Shown here: positions 39,614-51,388 of the stretch, one piece after another | How positions within the stretch are numbered: the stretch's first letter is position 1 | Layout of the letters: each line of letters opens with the position of its first letter | Assembly (NCBI GenBank): GCA_951406725.2 | Contig: OX597825.1 | Coordinates: 36,456,001-36,520,000 of the forward strand | Direction of reading: 5' to 3' | Source: Octopus vulgaris | Lineage: Eukaryota | Length of the DNA stretch: 64,000 nt | Notes under the pieces: generated by a model | The model's database searches: none | What the model was told of the DNA's origin: nothing | What the model saw: only the letters and a program-made list of their open reading frames with translations | Made by a program: the position numbers and the translations under genes

Positions 39614-42344
39614 TATGTATGTATGTATGTATGTATGTATGTATGTATGTATGTATGTATGTATGTATGTTCTTACGCTCTGAATATTTTCTGTGTACTT
39701 ATATTGAAATATTCTATAGTATATCATCCGCTACAAAATGCTCTGTTTCGCGGACTTTATCTCTCGGCTATCAGTCAGAGGGTGCTAGATAAAAAGTAAA
39801 AGAAAATTGTCAAGAACGAACTAACGTATTGAAAAACAAGCATTTATATACCCACCCAATGAAATTATCTTGCTTGTAAAAGCTACTTCAAAGTGATCAG
39901 CATGGAAAAAAAACTTCCTTGGAGAATACATATTCGGTAATCAGACACGGTAGTACTCTGCAGGATATTTCATAATTAGTCGCCACGACGATGTACTTTT
40001 CAACAAAAGAGCTTAATGACTGTTCATAAAAATTGTGATTTATTTGAAACTATGATATATGTGTATACAGCGTAAGATTAAAAAGAAGCAGTCAATTCCT
40101 CATAGGTTCTGGGAGTGTAGAATTACGTTGCCAAAACTTTTCTTGCTCCCACAATTCTTGCAAATTCACACCTCAGCATTTTCTCATCAAAGTAATCACA
40201 TGAAGTATTGTTCTCAGTACTAAATTCTTTCTAACTTTGGAACAAGGCCAGAAATTTTTAGGGGAGTGAGTCAAGGTAACTACATTGACACCACTACTTG
40301 ACTGGGACTTATTTCACCGACTCCAAAAGGATGAAGGACAAAGTCGACATCGGCGGAATTTGAACTCAGAGCGTAATGAGTTAAGAATAAACACCGCAAA
40401 ACATTTTTGCTCGACGTGCTAACAATTCTACTAGCGCGTTGCCTTCTTAGACTAAATAACACTGTGTTACAAAATTTTATTTATTTATTTATTTATTTTT
40501 TGTCTTCAGTCACTAAGTGTTATTTCCTATTTGCTTCTATCCAGAAATCAAAGGAAATGATTACCATTCCCTTTAAACTTTGTTTTTGTGAGTTGGACAT
40601 CAATATTTTGAAACTGATCTATTTTCCATTACATTTCAGACAGGTTCAATGCTGAGTTGCTGAAGCAGAAATATCGTCGTAGTAAATATTCTGCTCAATA
40701 CCACAGATTTTCTTGTCAGCTGCTGGACCATACTCACTTGAGCATGTCTCATACTGGCTGACGATATGTGCATCTTTCATCATGAGCAGGAGTAGTTTGG
40801 AGAGCATCATAGCCATATGTTGAGAGGAATTCTTTGGGGTTTCAATAAATGTAACAAAAGCAAAGTTTAAAGGAAATACTTTCTAGGAGTAAACAAACAG
40901 GAAATAACAGTTGCTACCTAAGAACAAAAATTATGTTACACAGTGTAATATAAAAATCAAACAAGGGGAAGAGAATCGGTGTTGAGAATTGAGTTGAATT
41001 GAGTTGAAACAGAACAGGAAACAGAATGGGTGCTGAGCTGTTCGCGAAACATGTAAGCGCTGAGGTGGACCTCCATCATTCAACGATAAAGATTCAATTG
41101 TTTGATCAACTGAATTTAGCTGCTCCTAAAGTAATATATATGTGGCTGAGCCTTCCACAGACACAGTTACGGGTACACTTCAAGTAATTCTAAAGTGACA
41201 GTGTGAGGCAAAGTTGTACTTTTAAAATTACAGGTATAAGATCCCGATGGAGATTATACCTGTAATTTTTAGTTTCCATGTGGCCTATGTCACTCAGATG
41301 ACCCGGGGTTTTGAAAAAATAAGACATTTGTCAGAGATGCTAGTACTAGGACCGAAATCAGGATCTTCTAGATACGAGGTCAACTTCTCAACCATTCGGC
41401 TAAACGACGTCTGAATTTAAACGCTCTATTCCCAACACTAAAGCAACTGATTTTTTATTTCCGCAACAAAATATCATTGAAGTTAACTATATTTATCATC
41501 TTTTGAGTAGTTTATCTTTACAAAGGGAGCGAGCTAGAAGAGCCGTTAAAACATCACACGAAATTCTTGGTTGGTGGCATTTCACCCGGTTCGTTGTGAT
41601 CTAAGCTCAAGTCCCGCTGCGGTTAATGTGACGTTTCCTCATTTCAAGCATGATAAAATATAGTACCAGTCACGTATCTCTTTTTCTTTGAATTGCTGGC
41701 CTTGTACCAACATTTGAATGTATTACTTATTTAATTTTTATCTTTAATTTCAAACTTCTGGTTACATTTTATTGAACTACAAGTGTTATAAATATATTAG
41801 AAAATTAACCTGCTTACCCTATAAGCGTTTATCTAAAGCGTAAACCGATATAAGTATATTTTCTGAAGATTATTTACACACAAAATGGGGGGGGGGGGAG
41901 AAAGAAAAAGAAAGAAAAATCTTGCCAGATATAAAATAATTCGTTATTACTGTCCTAGGGATATAATTTACTCGGTAACAAGATATTTACTTATTCCACT
42001 GGGTAATTAATAATTAGTCCTAGCGAGGTATTTTACACCAAAAGTGTTCAAGAAATGCTCATATAAATATTTCCTGATGGATGATATGAGAGTGCGTGTG
42101 TATGTGCGTGTCTTTTATCTTTTATTTGTTCCAGTCATTAGACTGCAGCCATGCTGGAGCACGACTTAAAAAGAGTTTTTTATCGGACGGATCGACCTCA
42201 GGACTTACATTTTTTAAAGCCTGGTACTTATTACTTTGTCGAACCGCTAAGTTACGGGGACGTAAACACACCAACTCCAGTTGTCAAGTGGTGATGGTGG
42301 AGACAAACACACGCGCGCGCGAGCACACAAATATCTATCTATCA

Positions 42345-42642
42345 TACATTATTTACATTATTTACATTCGGCGGATATTTGTCCTCATCATTTTTGTTGT
42401 TAACAACGTTTCGGCTGATATACCCTCCAGCCTTCTTCAGGTGTCGGGTTGGGGGGGGGCGGATTTCGAACCTGGGTTCTCATTCCTAAGGTACTTTTCG
42501 ATGTTATTATTATTGTTGTTGTTGTTGTTGTTGTTGTTATTGTTTAAGTCACTGCTTGGAATCGAACTCGGAATCTTGGGGTTAGTAGCTCGCGCTCTTA
42601 ACCACTACGCTATATGCCACAGGCGTATGGCGTAGTGGTTAA
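42345..42642 (-). mobile_element. tRNA-head/hammerhead element, copy 1, inserted in a SINE B
   Basis: Reverse complement: tRNA-like head, (AAC/AAT)n, then gacacCTGAAGAaggctg..cagccGAAACGTT. An inverted ~20-bp head duplicate lies at 42622-42642. Confidence 0.85.
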
Positions 42643-42974
42643 ACCACTCACAATACTTTGGTCGGCCCGAGGCTAAAGCAGAAAAACACTTACCCAAGGT
42701 GCTAACGCAGTGGGACTGAACCTTACCACACAGCCGCGCTATCTTTTACTTGTTTCAGTCATTAGACAGCGGCTAGATGGAGCGCCTTGAAGGGTTCTAA
42801 ACCTTTATTTTTGTAGCGCTCACATTTTAAGCTGTTGTTATGCTAAGCACCCACCTAAATATAAAGTGAGGTATCACTTCTAAACTAACTTAATGTGGAT
42901 GATGATTTGTAAATTTTACTCTAAAAACGCATTGTATAAGCTTTTTATAGTAAAATGATCAACTGTTAAAAGGT

Positions 42975-43211
42975 TTTGTCCCACTGCATGGCACCTTGGG
43001 CAAGTGTCGTCTACTATAGCCCCTAACCGAATAAAGCCTTGTGAGTGGATATAGTAGACGGAAACTGAAAGAAGCCTGTCGTGTGTGTGTGTATATATAA
43101 TGAGGGTAGAAATTAATATTAATGAATTAATATCAATTTAATCTAGTATATCAGGAATCCACCTTGGTGGTTATTCCTCTTATATGAGTATATGTGTATA
43201 TATATATATAT

Positions 43212-43242
<31 letters not shown>

Positions 43243-43440
43243 CTGTCCCCCATCACTGCTTAACAACCTGTGTTGGTGTGTTTAGGTCCCCGTAACTTAA
43301 CGATTCAGCAAAAGAGACCGATAGAATAAGTACTAGGCTTTAACAAAAATAAGACCTAGGGTCGATTTGTTTGACTAAGACTCTTAAAGGCGGTGCTTCA
43401 GCATGGCCGCAGTCAAATGACTGAAATAAGTAAAAGAATT
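42975..43440 (+). mobile_element. SINE family B copy with an internal insertion
   Basis: gtcccactgcatggcaccttgggcaagtg..gaaactgaaagaagcc..ggcggtgcttcagcatggccgcagtcaaatgactgaaa. Confidence 0.85.
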
Positions 43441-43518
43441 GATAGTTGGAGAATTACGTGTGTGTGTGTGTGTGTGTGCTTGCGTGCGTGCATGTATGTA
43501 TTTGTGCGCGCGCGTGTG

Positions 43519-43745
43519 TTAAACGCAGAAGAAAAGTGTGCTGTAAACACAAATATTTAAAGAGAAGAAAACAGTCACCACTTCAAACTCTGTTTGACAG
43601 CTTCTCATTATAAGTTCAAAGTTTCCCTTCATAGGAGACCGGAACTCCTTACTTGTGTGCGACCGGAAGTAATCAAGAGCATTTAAGAAGCCAGCGTGCA
43701 GTCTTCTATGACTTTTACAGCTATTAATTAATGATCCACCGACTC
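43519..43745 (-). CDS. Candidate exon: (G)VGGSLINSCKSHRRLHAGFLNALDYFRSHT.. (phase ambiguous)
   Basis: Acceptor tcttgtggcttgtaaag|, internal donor-like caa|gtaagg, protein-like unique ORF. Phase 2 from this AG gives only RSRWIIN*. Confidence 0.3.
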
Positions 43746-44582
43746 CTTTACAAGCCACAAGACACGCAGGACAAAGGGTAGACGGACAGTAAATAGTGTT
43801 GGAAGATATTCAAGCACACAGATTAATAAGATACTTAATAATTGCTACATAAGTTGGACTGTGATGGTGGTGATGATTATGATGGTGGTGGTGGTGATTA
43901 TAACGGTGGTGTTTATGGTGGTGGTGATTGTGATGATTGTTGTGGAAGTGGTGGTGGTTGTGGTAGTAATGGTGGTGTTGATAGTGGCAGTGGTGGTGGT
44001 ATGGGTAGTAGTGATGGTAGTGGTGGCAGTTGTGATAGTGGTGGTTGTGTTGGTGGTGATATGGGTTGTAGATGTGGTGATTTAGTAGTTCTGGTAGAGG
44101 TGATGAAGTGTTAGTGTAGTCGTGTTGTCGTTGTTGGTATTGGTGGTGTTGGTGTTGCTGGTGTTAGTGGTGTTGTTGTTGGTAGTGGTGGTGGTGGTGG
44201 TGGTAAAAATGAAGATGAGTGTCTGGTGTCATAGGTGATCTTCTAGGCAAGTCTTCTTGCCAAGTCGGAGACAAAAGAATTTCCAAAAATTGTTAGAGGA
44301 AAAAAAAGGAAACACTGGTTCCTAAGAGTCCGTTGTTGTATTGCGGCTACTTAGTGTAGGATCCCATTAAGCTGGGCAAAATGCTCGTCTGTCTTTGCGT
44401 TCTGAGTTCAAACTCCAATAAAGTTGACTTTGCCTTTTATCCTTTCAGAGACGATAAATTAAGGACCAGCTGAGCACTGGGCTCGATGTAATCGATTTTA
44501 CTCCCACCCCCGAACTTGTTGGCCTTATGCCAAAATTTGAAATAGATATTGGTTCACATTTGTAAAGCTTATAATAGCAGCT

Positions 44583-44654
<72 letters not shown>

Positions 44655-46140
44655 ATTACGTGTTTACTACAGTGAAAGTAGGTATATATTCATCTATCAA
44701 TTAGCATCATCTTATGTATGCTTGTGCATATATACTTTGAATCAAATTATCTATTTCTTTTTCTCTTTCTTTCTTTCTTTTTTCTTACACAAATACACAC
44801 ACACACACACACACACTCACACATCCTTCACTTAACAAATATCGTGACACTGTGGCTAATTTCAAAGAAATCTGTATTGTATAGTCTCTAAGTAGCTACA
44901 ACTTGCGTAAAGTTGTGGTGGGGCTGATTCATTGACAGAATTATTTACAATTTCAATAGCAACATGAAGTCACCCATCACATAGTGCTGCCAGCTGCTGT
45001 AAACTGAATGAGTTAGGAATACATTAAATGTAAGAATAATAATGATATATGTATTCTTATCTTTGTAGGAGTTTTCAGCAGCTGTGGCTTTGTAAGAATT
45101 CCACGTATGATGTTCTTATGTAACAAAGAGTTTTCTCTGAGTTTTAGGAGCAATCAATAAAACACTTTTTTGAAAAGAAAATGTAAACTATTTATATAAA
45201 TTCCTCTGTTTATTTTTCCTTTCTGCTTATTTCAAAATATTTGGCTTTTCTCCTTTGTTCTTTCCTTCATCCTTTAAAATCTTCAACTTTTACAGTGGTG
45301 TTATCTTTTATCTTTTACTTGCTTCTGTTATTAAACTTCGGCCATACTGGGGCACCATCGTCTTGAAAAGTTTAGTCGAACAGATCGATCACGGGACTTA
45401 TTCTAGTACTTATTCGATCGGTCACTTTTGCCGAATTGCCACGCTACAAGGAGTAAATAAAGCAACACCGGTTATCAAGATATGTTAGGGAAAACACAGA
45501 CACAAACACACACACACACACTCACGCAGTCTCCATCTAACAATGCTAAAGGTGTCGTGCAGTAAGATTGAACCTAAAACCGTGCGTTTGCAAAGCGAGC
45601 TTCTTAACCACACAGATTCTCACTGGTCCATATCTGTACTAGTAAATACCCTAAGTTCGTTTCAAGTGTCTAAACCCGCTACCAGACGATATTAACCCTT
45701 TAGCATTCAGATTACTCTGTCAAATGTCCTGCTTATTTATTTACATTGTTTTGAAATAATCATACATTATCTTATAGATTTGAGGTTTCAATGATGTGAT
45801 TCTTTCAGTTCTATATTTAAGACATGAAGAATTATGTACATTATTTACACTATTTACATTTGACAAATATTTGTCCTCATCTTGTTTGTTGTTAACACAA
45901 CGTTTTAGCTGATATACCTTCAAGCCTTCATCAGGTGTCTGGAGGAAATTTTGAACCTGGGTTCTCATTCCTAAGGTATTTCTCGATGTTGTTGTTATTA
46001 TATCATTCAGTTCTCTGCCTGGAATCGAATTATGGAGTGAATTTTAGGGCCTATAAATCTAATATTCTCCTATCCTTCCTAAGAAAGGAAAGGAGAATAT
46101 TAGATTTATAAGCCCTAAAATTCATTCCATAATTGCCCAT

Positions 46141-46200
46141 GGGTATATGGCGTAGTGGTTAAGAGTGCGGGCTGCTAATTCCAAGATTCCGAGTTCGAAT
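46141..46200 (+). promoter_or_regulatory. tRNA-like internal Pol III promoter (SINE head)
   Basis: A box tggcgtagtgg, anticodon-like arm gggctgctaattc, B box gagttcgaat. Confidence 0.75.
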
Positions 46201-46270
46201 AATAATAATAATAATAATAACATCGAAAAAATACCTTAGGAATGAGAACCCAGGTTCGAATTTTCCCCAA

Positions 46271-46316
46271 GACACCTGATGAAGGCTGGAGGGTATAGCA
46301 GCCGAAACGTTGTGTT
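46271..46316 (+). ncRNA. Minimal type I hammerhead ribozyme (Penelope-type), core intact
   Basis: Stem I gacac/gtgtt; CTGATGA at 46276-46282; stem II ggctg/cagcc; GAAAC at 46304-46308; palindromic AACGTT stem III; predicted GUU cleavage after 46311. Confidence 0.8.
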
Positions 46317-46476
46317 TACAAAAAACAAGATGAGGACAAATATCCGTCATATATAAATAATGTATGTGATTCTTTATTTTTAGAATGACATTGTAGGATA
46401 GGGGTGAGACGTTAGACCTGGCTGGATTGAACATAAAACAGCTAGAATATTTGGGTCTGATATGGTCAGTTTTTAT

Positions 46477-46819
46477 CGGGGGTTCTCAACCATTTTTTAT
46501 CTATGGACCCCTTTAGTTACATTTTTTCTAGTGGACCCCCATAGCCATTCGATGTTCAAAAACTAGTTTTATAGACACTTCTTTCAAAACTCCCATTTTG
46601 TTATTCACACATTGTGTAGGTTGATCTATGTAAAATGTTTGAGAAAAAACACCCAGCTGTTTCGTGTAATACATACCGATGCATACACCTGCTGCAAAAT
46701 TTTTTCATGGACCCTTAGAATACTCTTGTGGACCCCCAATTTTCTATTTTGTTATGTGGACCCCCAAAAGTCTTATACGGAACCTTAGGGGCCATATGGA
46801 CCCCTATAGAGAAACACTG
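46477..46819. mobile_element. hAT-type MITE
   Basis: Ends cgggggttctcaacc / gagaaacactg; internal repeated tggacccc; imperfect 8-bp TSD gtttttat/gtttaaat. Confidence 0.75.
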
Positions 46820-47987
46820 GTTTAAATGCTAAAGGGTTAAACCTACAATCTGTGATCTTCAAAGTTATTTATAACGAACAAAGATTTTTTAAAGATACTC
46901 ATTTAATTGCTAATCTAACTACAGCTGGAAGTATTTATTTGAAACCTTCTACAAGCCATTTTTTTTTTTACAATTCTTTTAGGGTCTCTTTGAAATCTAT
47001 CAACAGTTTATTTTCATAGAAATAAGATTTTTTATATATAATTTCTTTTATATTTGACAAATTTTCGTATTTATAGGCCACTTGTTATTATAGTTCCATT
47101 CTGGTTTCTTTCTTTTTTATATTTGGTGTTGTTTTTGTTCCCTTGTCTTTCTTTGTATATACCTCATTGTTTTTACATTTATTCTCTCAAACGTCAGGGG
47201 TTTTATGTTTTTCGTTCCACTTCCCAACGCAATTATTTCATATTTAATTTCCTATTAACAACTTTCTCCGCTTCTAACAACATATCTTCATTGTTTCATT
47301 TCGGTACATTGTATCTGCCTTCTACTTAACAAAAAGACGCTTTAACTGACGCTTTTCTTTATCTATATACATGTCTATTTCCTTCCCTACCTGTCTGCCT
47401 GCCTGTCTACCTGTCTGTCTGCTTCTCTGTTTGTCTGTCTGTCCTCCTTCCTCTCTCAATGTGTGTGGAAGAGAGAGGGAGGGAGAGAGAGAGAGAGTAA
47501 GAGGCGGAGTGTGTGTGAGTGTATGTATGAGTGTACGTGTTGATGTGCGTTCGTATGTGTGTGTGTGCGTGTTTGTGAGAAAGTGAGTGTATGTGAGACA
47601 GAGCGTGTGTGTACGTTTGTGTGTGTGCTTGTGTGTGTGTGCGTGTGTGTGTATGTGTGTGCGTGTGTATGTCTGTGTGTGTGCTTGTGTGTGTGTATAT
47701 GTGTGCGTGTGTATGTCTGTGTGTGTGCTTGTGTGTGTGTATGTGTGTGTGTGTGTGCGCGCGCGAACTTACATGTAACTTTATTTCATTTGGCCTTTCC
47801 CCGACAAAAGATGCAATCACTCACACACGTGTGTGTGTATGAGGGGGAGAAAAATAGAAGGAGCGAGACTGGAAGCCGCTTATTGCGATCAGTTTATAGA
47901 GTAGACTCTCAGGTAACAATAACTGGTAACATGAAATAGTATACAGAGATCATAATATTTGGAATCTACTAAATTTGAAAACGATAA

Positions 47988-48560
47988 GGATCTTTTCCTT
48001 TTGATGGACGGAATTTCTTGTTAACTGAACAATTTGAAACTTCGTATACTGGTAGAATGTGTCAAAAGAAAACATTAATTTCACTTGGCTTTTTTGAGAA
48101 AATTGTAATTTGTAAGTTTTACGTAGTTTAATTCTTCGAATTTTAACCAATCGTATTCTCTCTTTTGAGCTGAAATCATTTGCTGCGTCTAAACATACTG
48201 TTACTGTGACGTAAACAGCTATTTTGTGACGTAGTTAACGTAAACAGCTAAATACGTTTGAAAAGCTTGAGATCCTAAACAGCTAAATTCGTTTGGAAAG
48301 CCTGAGTATATATAAAATTAATGTTTAAGTTATTTTCCATTGTTTGCATTGCTTTATAGAATTTTAAAGTTATTCGTTTTATATAAAATTATTATTCCTT
48401 TTGTTTGTGTTTACTTGTTACGTAAAATTCGTTTGTGCATGCCTTGTTATGGTTTATGTTAGGGTTAGAGCTATGGTCTAGAATTGGCATTAGATAGCAT
48501 ACTAAATTGTAAATGGCCACGTTTACTGTATGCTAAACTGGCACTAGAGATTTAATGAAA
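47988..48560 (+). mobile_element. Arm of a long-TIR non-autonomous DNA element family
   Basis: aacaatttgaaacttcgtatactggtagaatgtgtcaaaag is shared with about 53575; the inverse is at about 54560 and 32640. Confidence 0.7.
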
Positions 48561-49329
48561 CAGTTTACCTATCAGAATTTAAGTCATGAAAGGGTTAGTT
48601 AGCATTGTCAACACACTTCACATTTCTCTGTTTCTGTGGGCAATGAAATAAAACACTAGATAAGGAGTGGGTCAATATAGTTGACATTATTTCCTCCTAT
48701 AAAATTTTTGGCTATGTACCTTTGTTAGAAATTCTTATTTGTACTAATATAAAGTGCGAGCAAGAGAACATCTGCAGGCTTTTCTTATGAAGAGGATAGA
48801 CGATAGAGCAAATACAAAGTACAAAACGTCGGTGCTATATCAACTAAATACGCCATACAAGCAAGATGGTGTACAGAACCGAGAATACTTGACAATTATC
48901 ATCGAAACTCAGTTGCTCATTACCAAACAAACGTAACTCAACGAGGTCACGCAGATAATCATAGCAAATTAGATTCTTGAAACCTTTACATTTTCAATTT
49001 AAGAAATTTCCGTAGCATAGGAGAAACACCGAAAAGTCAGGTTGATAGGCATACGCAGTAAACCTTACCTGTTGTCCACCTCATACGCGTCTACGATAAT
49101 CCATTATCCTTAAGGCGGCTAGCTAGTAGAGTAGCGAGCATGCAAAATGCTTAGCGGCATTTCATCTGTCTTTATGTTTTGCGTTGAAATTCAGCTGGGA
49201 TCAACTTTGCCTTTCATCGTTTCGGAATCGATAAAATAAGTACCAATTGAACACTGAAGTCGATGTAATCTACTTACGCCCTCTCCCGAAATTACTGGCT
49301 TTGCACCAAAATTTGAAATTGATATCCCA

Positions 49330-49960
49330 TTATCATTGATGAGTCATCAGACTTCAGCAGAATTAAGCCAATCATAATATGCTTTATTTTCATCCCTGAA
49401 GGACTAATTAAGGAGTCTGTCATCGGCTTTAATACAAAGTTTTCTACCGAAGGAAATATTCATTACGAGTTAGTCAAAAGTGTACCCTGGGAGCTGTAAC
49501 TGAAACGTGACAAACTTGCTGGCAAATGTTTTGATAACGTAGCAAATATGAACGGTATTCATAAAGGTTTGGCAACAAAAATAAGTGTTTGTTACCCGCT
49601 TGCTATTTATATATCTTGTTGTGGGTATTTGAAATATTGCTTCTAAAAGATAGAATGATAGATATTGAATTGCTCCGTAATGTTTTAGAAGTTATTCGAA
49701 GACTCCTACAACTTCCTAAAGGCCAGTTTCCAATGACATACTGAAAGAATTATGTCGACATAGATCGTATTACACAGAAACTTAAATCTTTAAATGCAAG
49801 AAAGTGATCTTGTACATACGAAGAAGTTAAAGTTGCAGGAAGCAGTTATCTTATATCATAAAGGCATTACTTCACTTGAAAGATGATCGAAACACCAAAA
49901 CATATAGATAGCTGTGCATTATTAACTGCTAAATTATATATTGAAAATATATTTAAAATA
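49330..49960 (+). pseudogene. hAT (Tip100/ZMYM1-like) transposase fragment
   Basis: LAGKCFDNVANMNGIHKGLATKISVCYPLAIYISCCGYL matches the 'GQCYDGAANMSG..G...I....P.A.Y.HC..H' motif. Confidence 0.75.
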
Positions 49961-49981
49961 AGTTCAAGAAAAGTATCTAAT

Positions 49982-50325
49982 TAGGCGCAGGTGTGGCTGT
50001 GTGGTATGAAGCTTGCTTCCCAACCACATGGGTTCAGTCCCATTGCATGGCACCTTGGGTAAGTGTCTTCTACTATAGTCTCGTGCCAACCAAAGCCTTG
50101 TTAGTGGATTTGGTAAACAGAAACTGAAAGAAGTCTGTCGTATATGAATTGTTTGTGTGTGTGTGTGTCTTTGTGTCTGTGCTTGTTCCCCACCATAGCT
50201 TGACAGCCGTTGTTGGTGTGTTTATGTCTTCTTAACTTAGCAGTTCAGCAAAAGATTTCGATAGAATAAGTACTTGGCTCTTAAAAAAAGTACTGGTGTT
50301 GATTCATTCTACTAAAATAATTCTT
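49982..50325 (+). mobile_element. Full-length SINE family B copy
   Basis: aggcgcaggtgtggctgtgtggtatgaagcttgcttcccaacc..ggcaccttggg..tail. Confidence 0.88.
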
Positions 50326-50918
50326 GGATCTAGTTAGTTTGGCTGCCAGCATTTCAAAAATTAAAGTTTATCGAAAATTTAAAAATTTGTCACAATAATA
50401 TATTTTTCCAAGCTGAATTGCTTGAGTTATTTCATTTTTTTCAGAAAAATGTTTTTAAAAAGGTTTAGAGGTTTAAAGTTTAATCATTCTCACCAAGTCA
50501 AGAAACAGGATTTGGAAGCTGTCATTTTGTGCGTGACTGCACATTTTGTTGTCAACATCCTGAAAATAGTACGTGTTGTCAGTATTTGTAAACAACATGT
50601 GTTTTGTAGTTTGAAACATTCAATATGCATTTAATGCTACAGCACGAACTTAAAAAATTTATCCAAAAAACGTTATTTAGCTGTTATTTTTAGCACACCT
50701 CACAACCACTTCAATGACAAAAAGAAACGCGTAAACAAGCACTTTTAAGCATTCAATATGCATTTAATGGAAATGCGATGAACAACACGTTACATGCGAT
50801 AAACATATTACAATATTTCCCCACAAATGGTTTCAATACAGTTTTAACAGAAAGATTTGGAAGAATTGGATGAAAGTTCGCCGGTAATTTTCTTACACAT
50901 TACAAAATATTTTAAAAA

Positions 50919-51388
50919 TCAAAAACGGAAGTTAGAAACACATTCAATCAATTTCTCAAACAAAACACAATTTTCGGATCTCCTGCACCACATAAATTCA
51001 CAGAGATATGAATTTACCATAGAACGGTGAGTGCCAGAGCGCCGTTTATGAGCTCGCTTCACAGAGGCCCACGTACTCTCTACTTGTTGAGTGTTAGTTC
51101 CATCTTTCGGGTTAACAAACCCTACGCTGTGGTTCACCGTTCTATGCTCAAAATTGTAACCATCAATTTCAAGAATGTAGAAATACACTCTCTACAAATC
51201 ACTGAAAATTGTGGTTCCTGGAAGAATCGAGTGATGTATGCATTCTTCCAGTGTGTCACGATTCTGACTATACCCTTTTCTTGACGGTACGATACAGTAT
51301 CCTCCTCTGTTTTCAGTGTCACCATCATAGAAGCGAGGTTATAGGAGCTTGCTGCCATAATCAAAAAGAAAAATTTCCAACAGAACAC
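50919..51388 (-). pseudogene. Merlin (IS1016/IS1595-like DDE) transposase fragment
   Basis: HRTVNHSVGFVNPKDGTNTQQVESTWASVKR..SYLCEFMW is the 'H.TVNHS..FV.P..G.HT..IE..W...K..YL.EF.W' signature; the central part is deleted. Confidence 0.88.

Larger units (their letters stand above)
45806..46363. mobile_element. tRNA-head/hammerhead element, copy 2: two inverted arms bounded by a 12-bp TSD
   Basis: TSD atgtgattcttt at 45794-45805 and 46364-46375; minus arm about 45806-46029, plus arm 46141-46363. Confidence 0.9.
45696..46836. mobile_element. piggyBac-type MITE (TTAA TSD) hosting nested insertions
   Basis: ttaa|ccctttagcatt ... aatgctaaaggg|ttaa. Confidence 0.9.

Noticed and set aside
46141-46200. 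Functional tRNA gene
   Set aside because: The 3' acceptor strand is missing and the sequence is part of a dispersed repeat: a SINE head.
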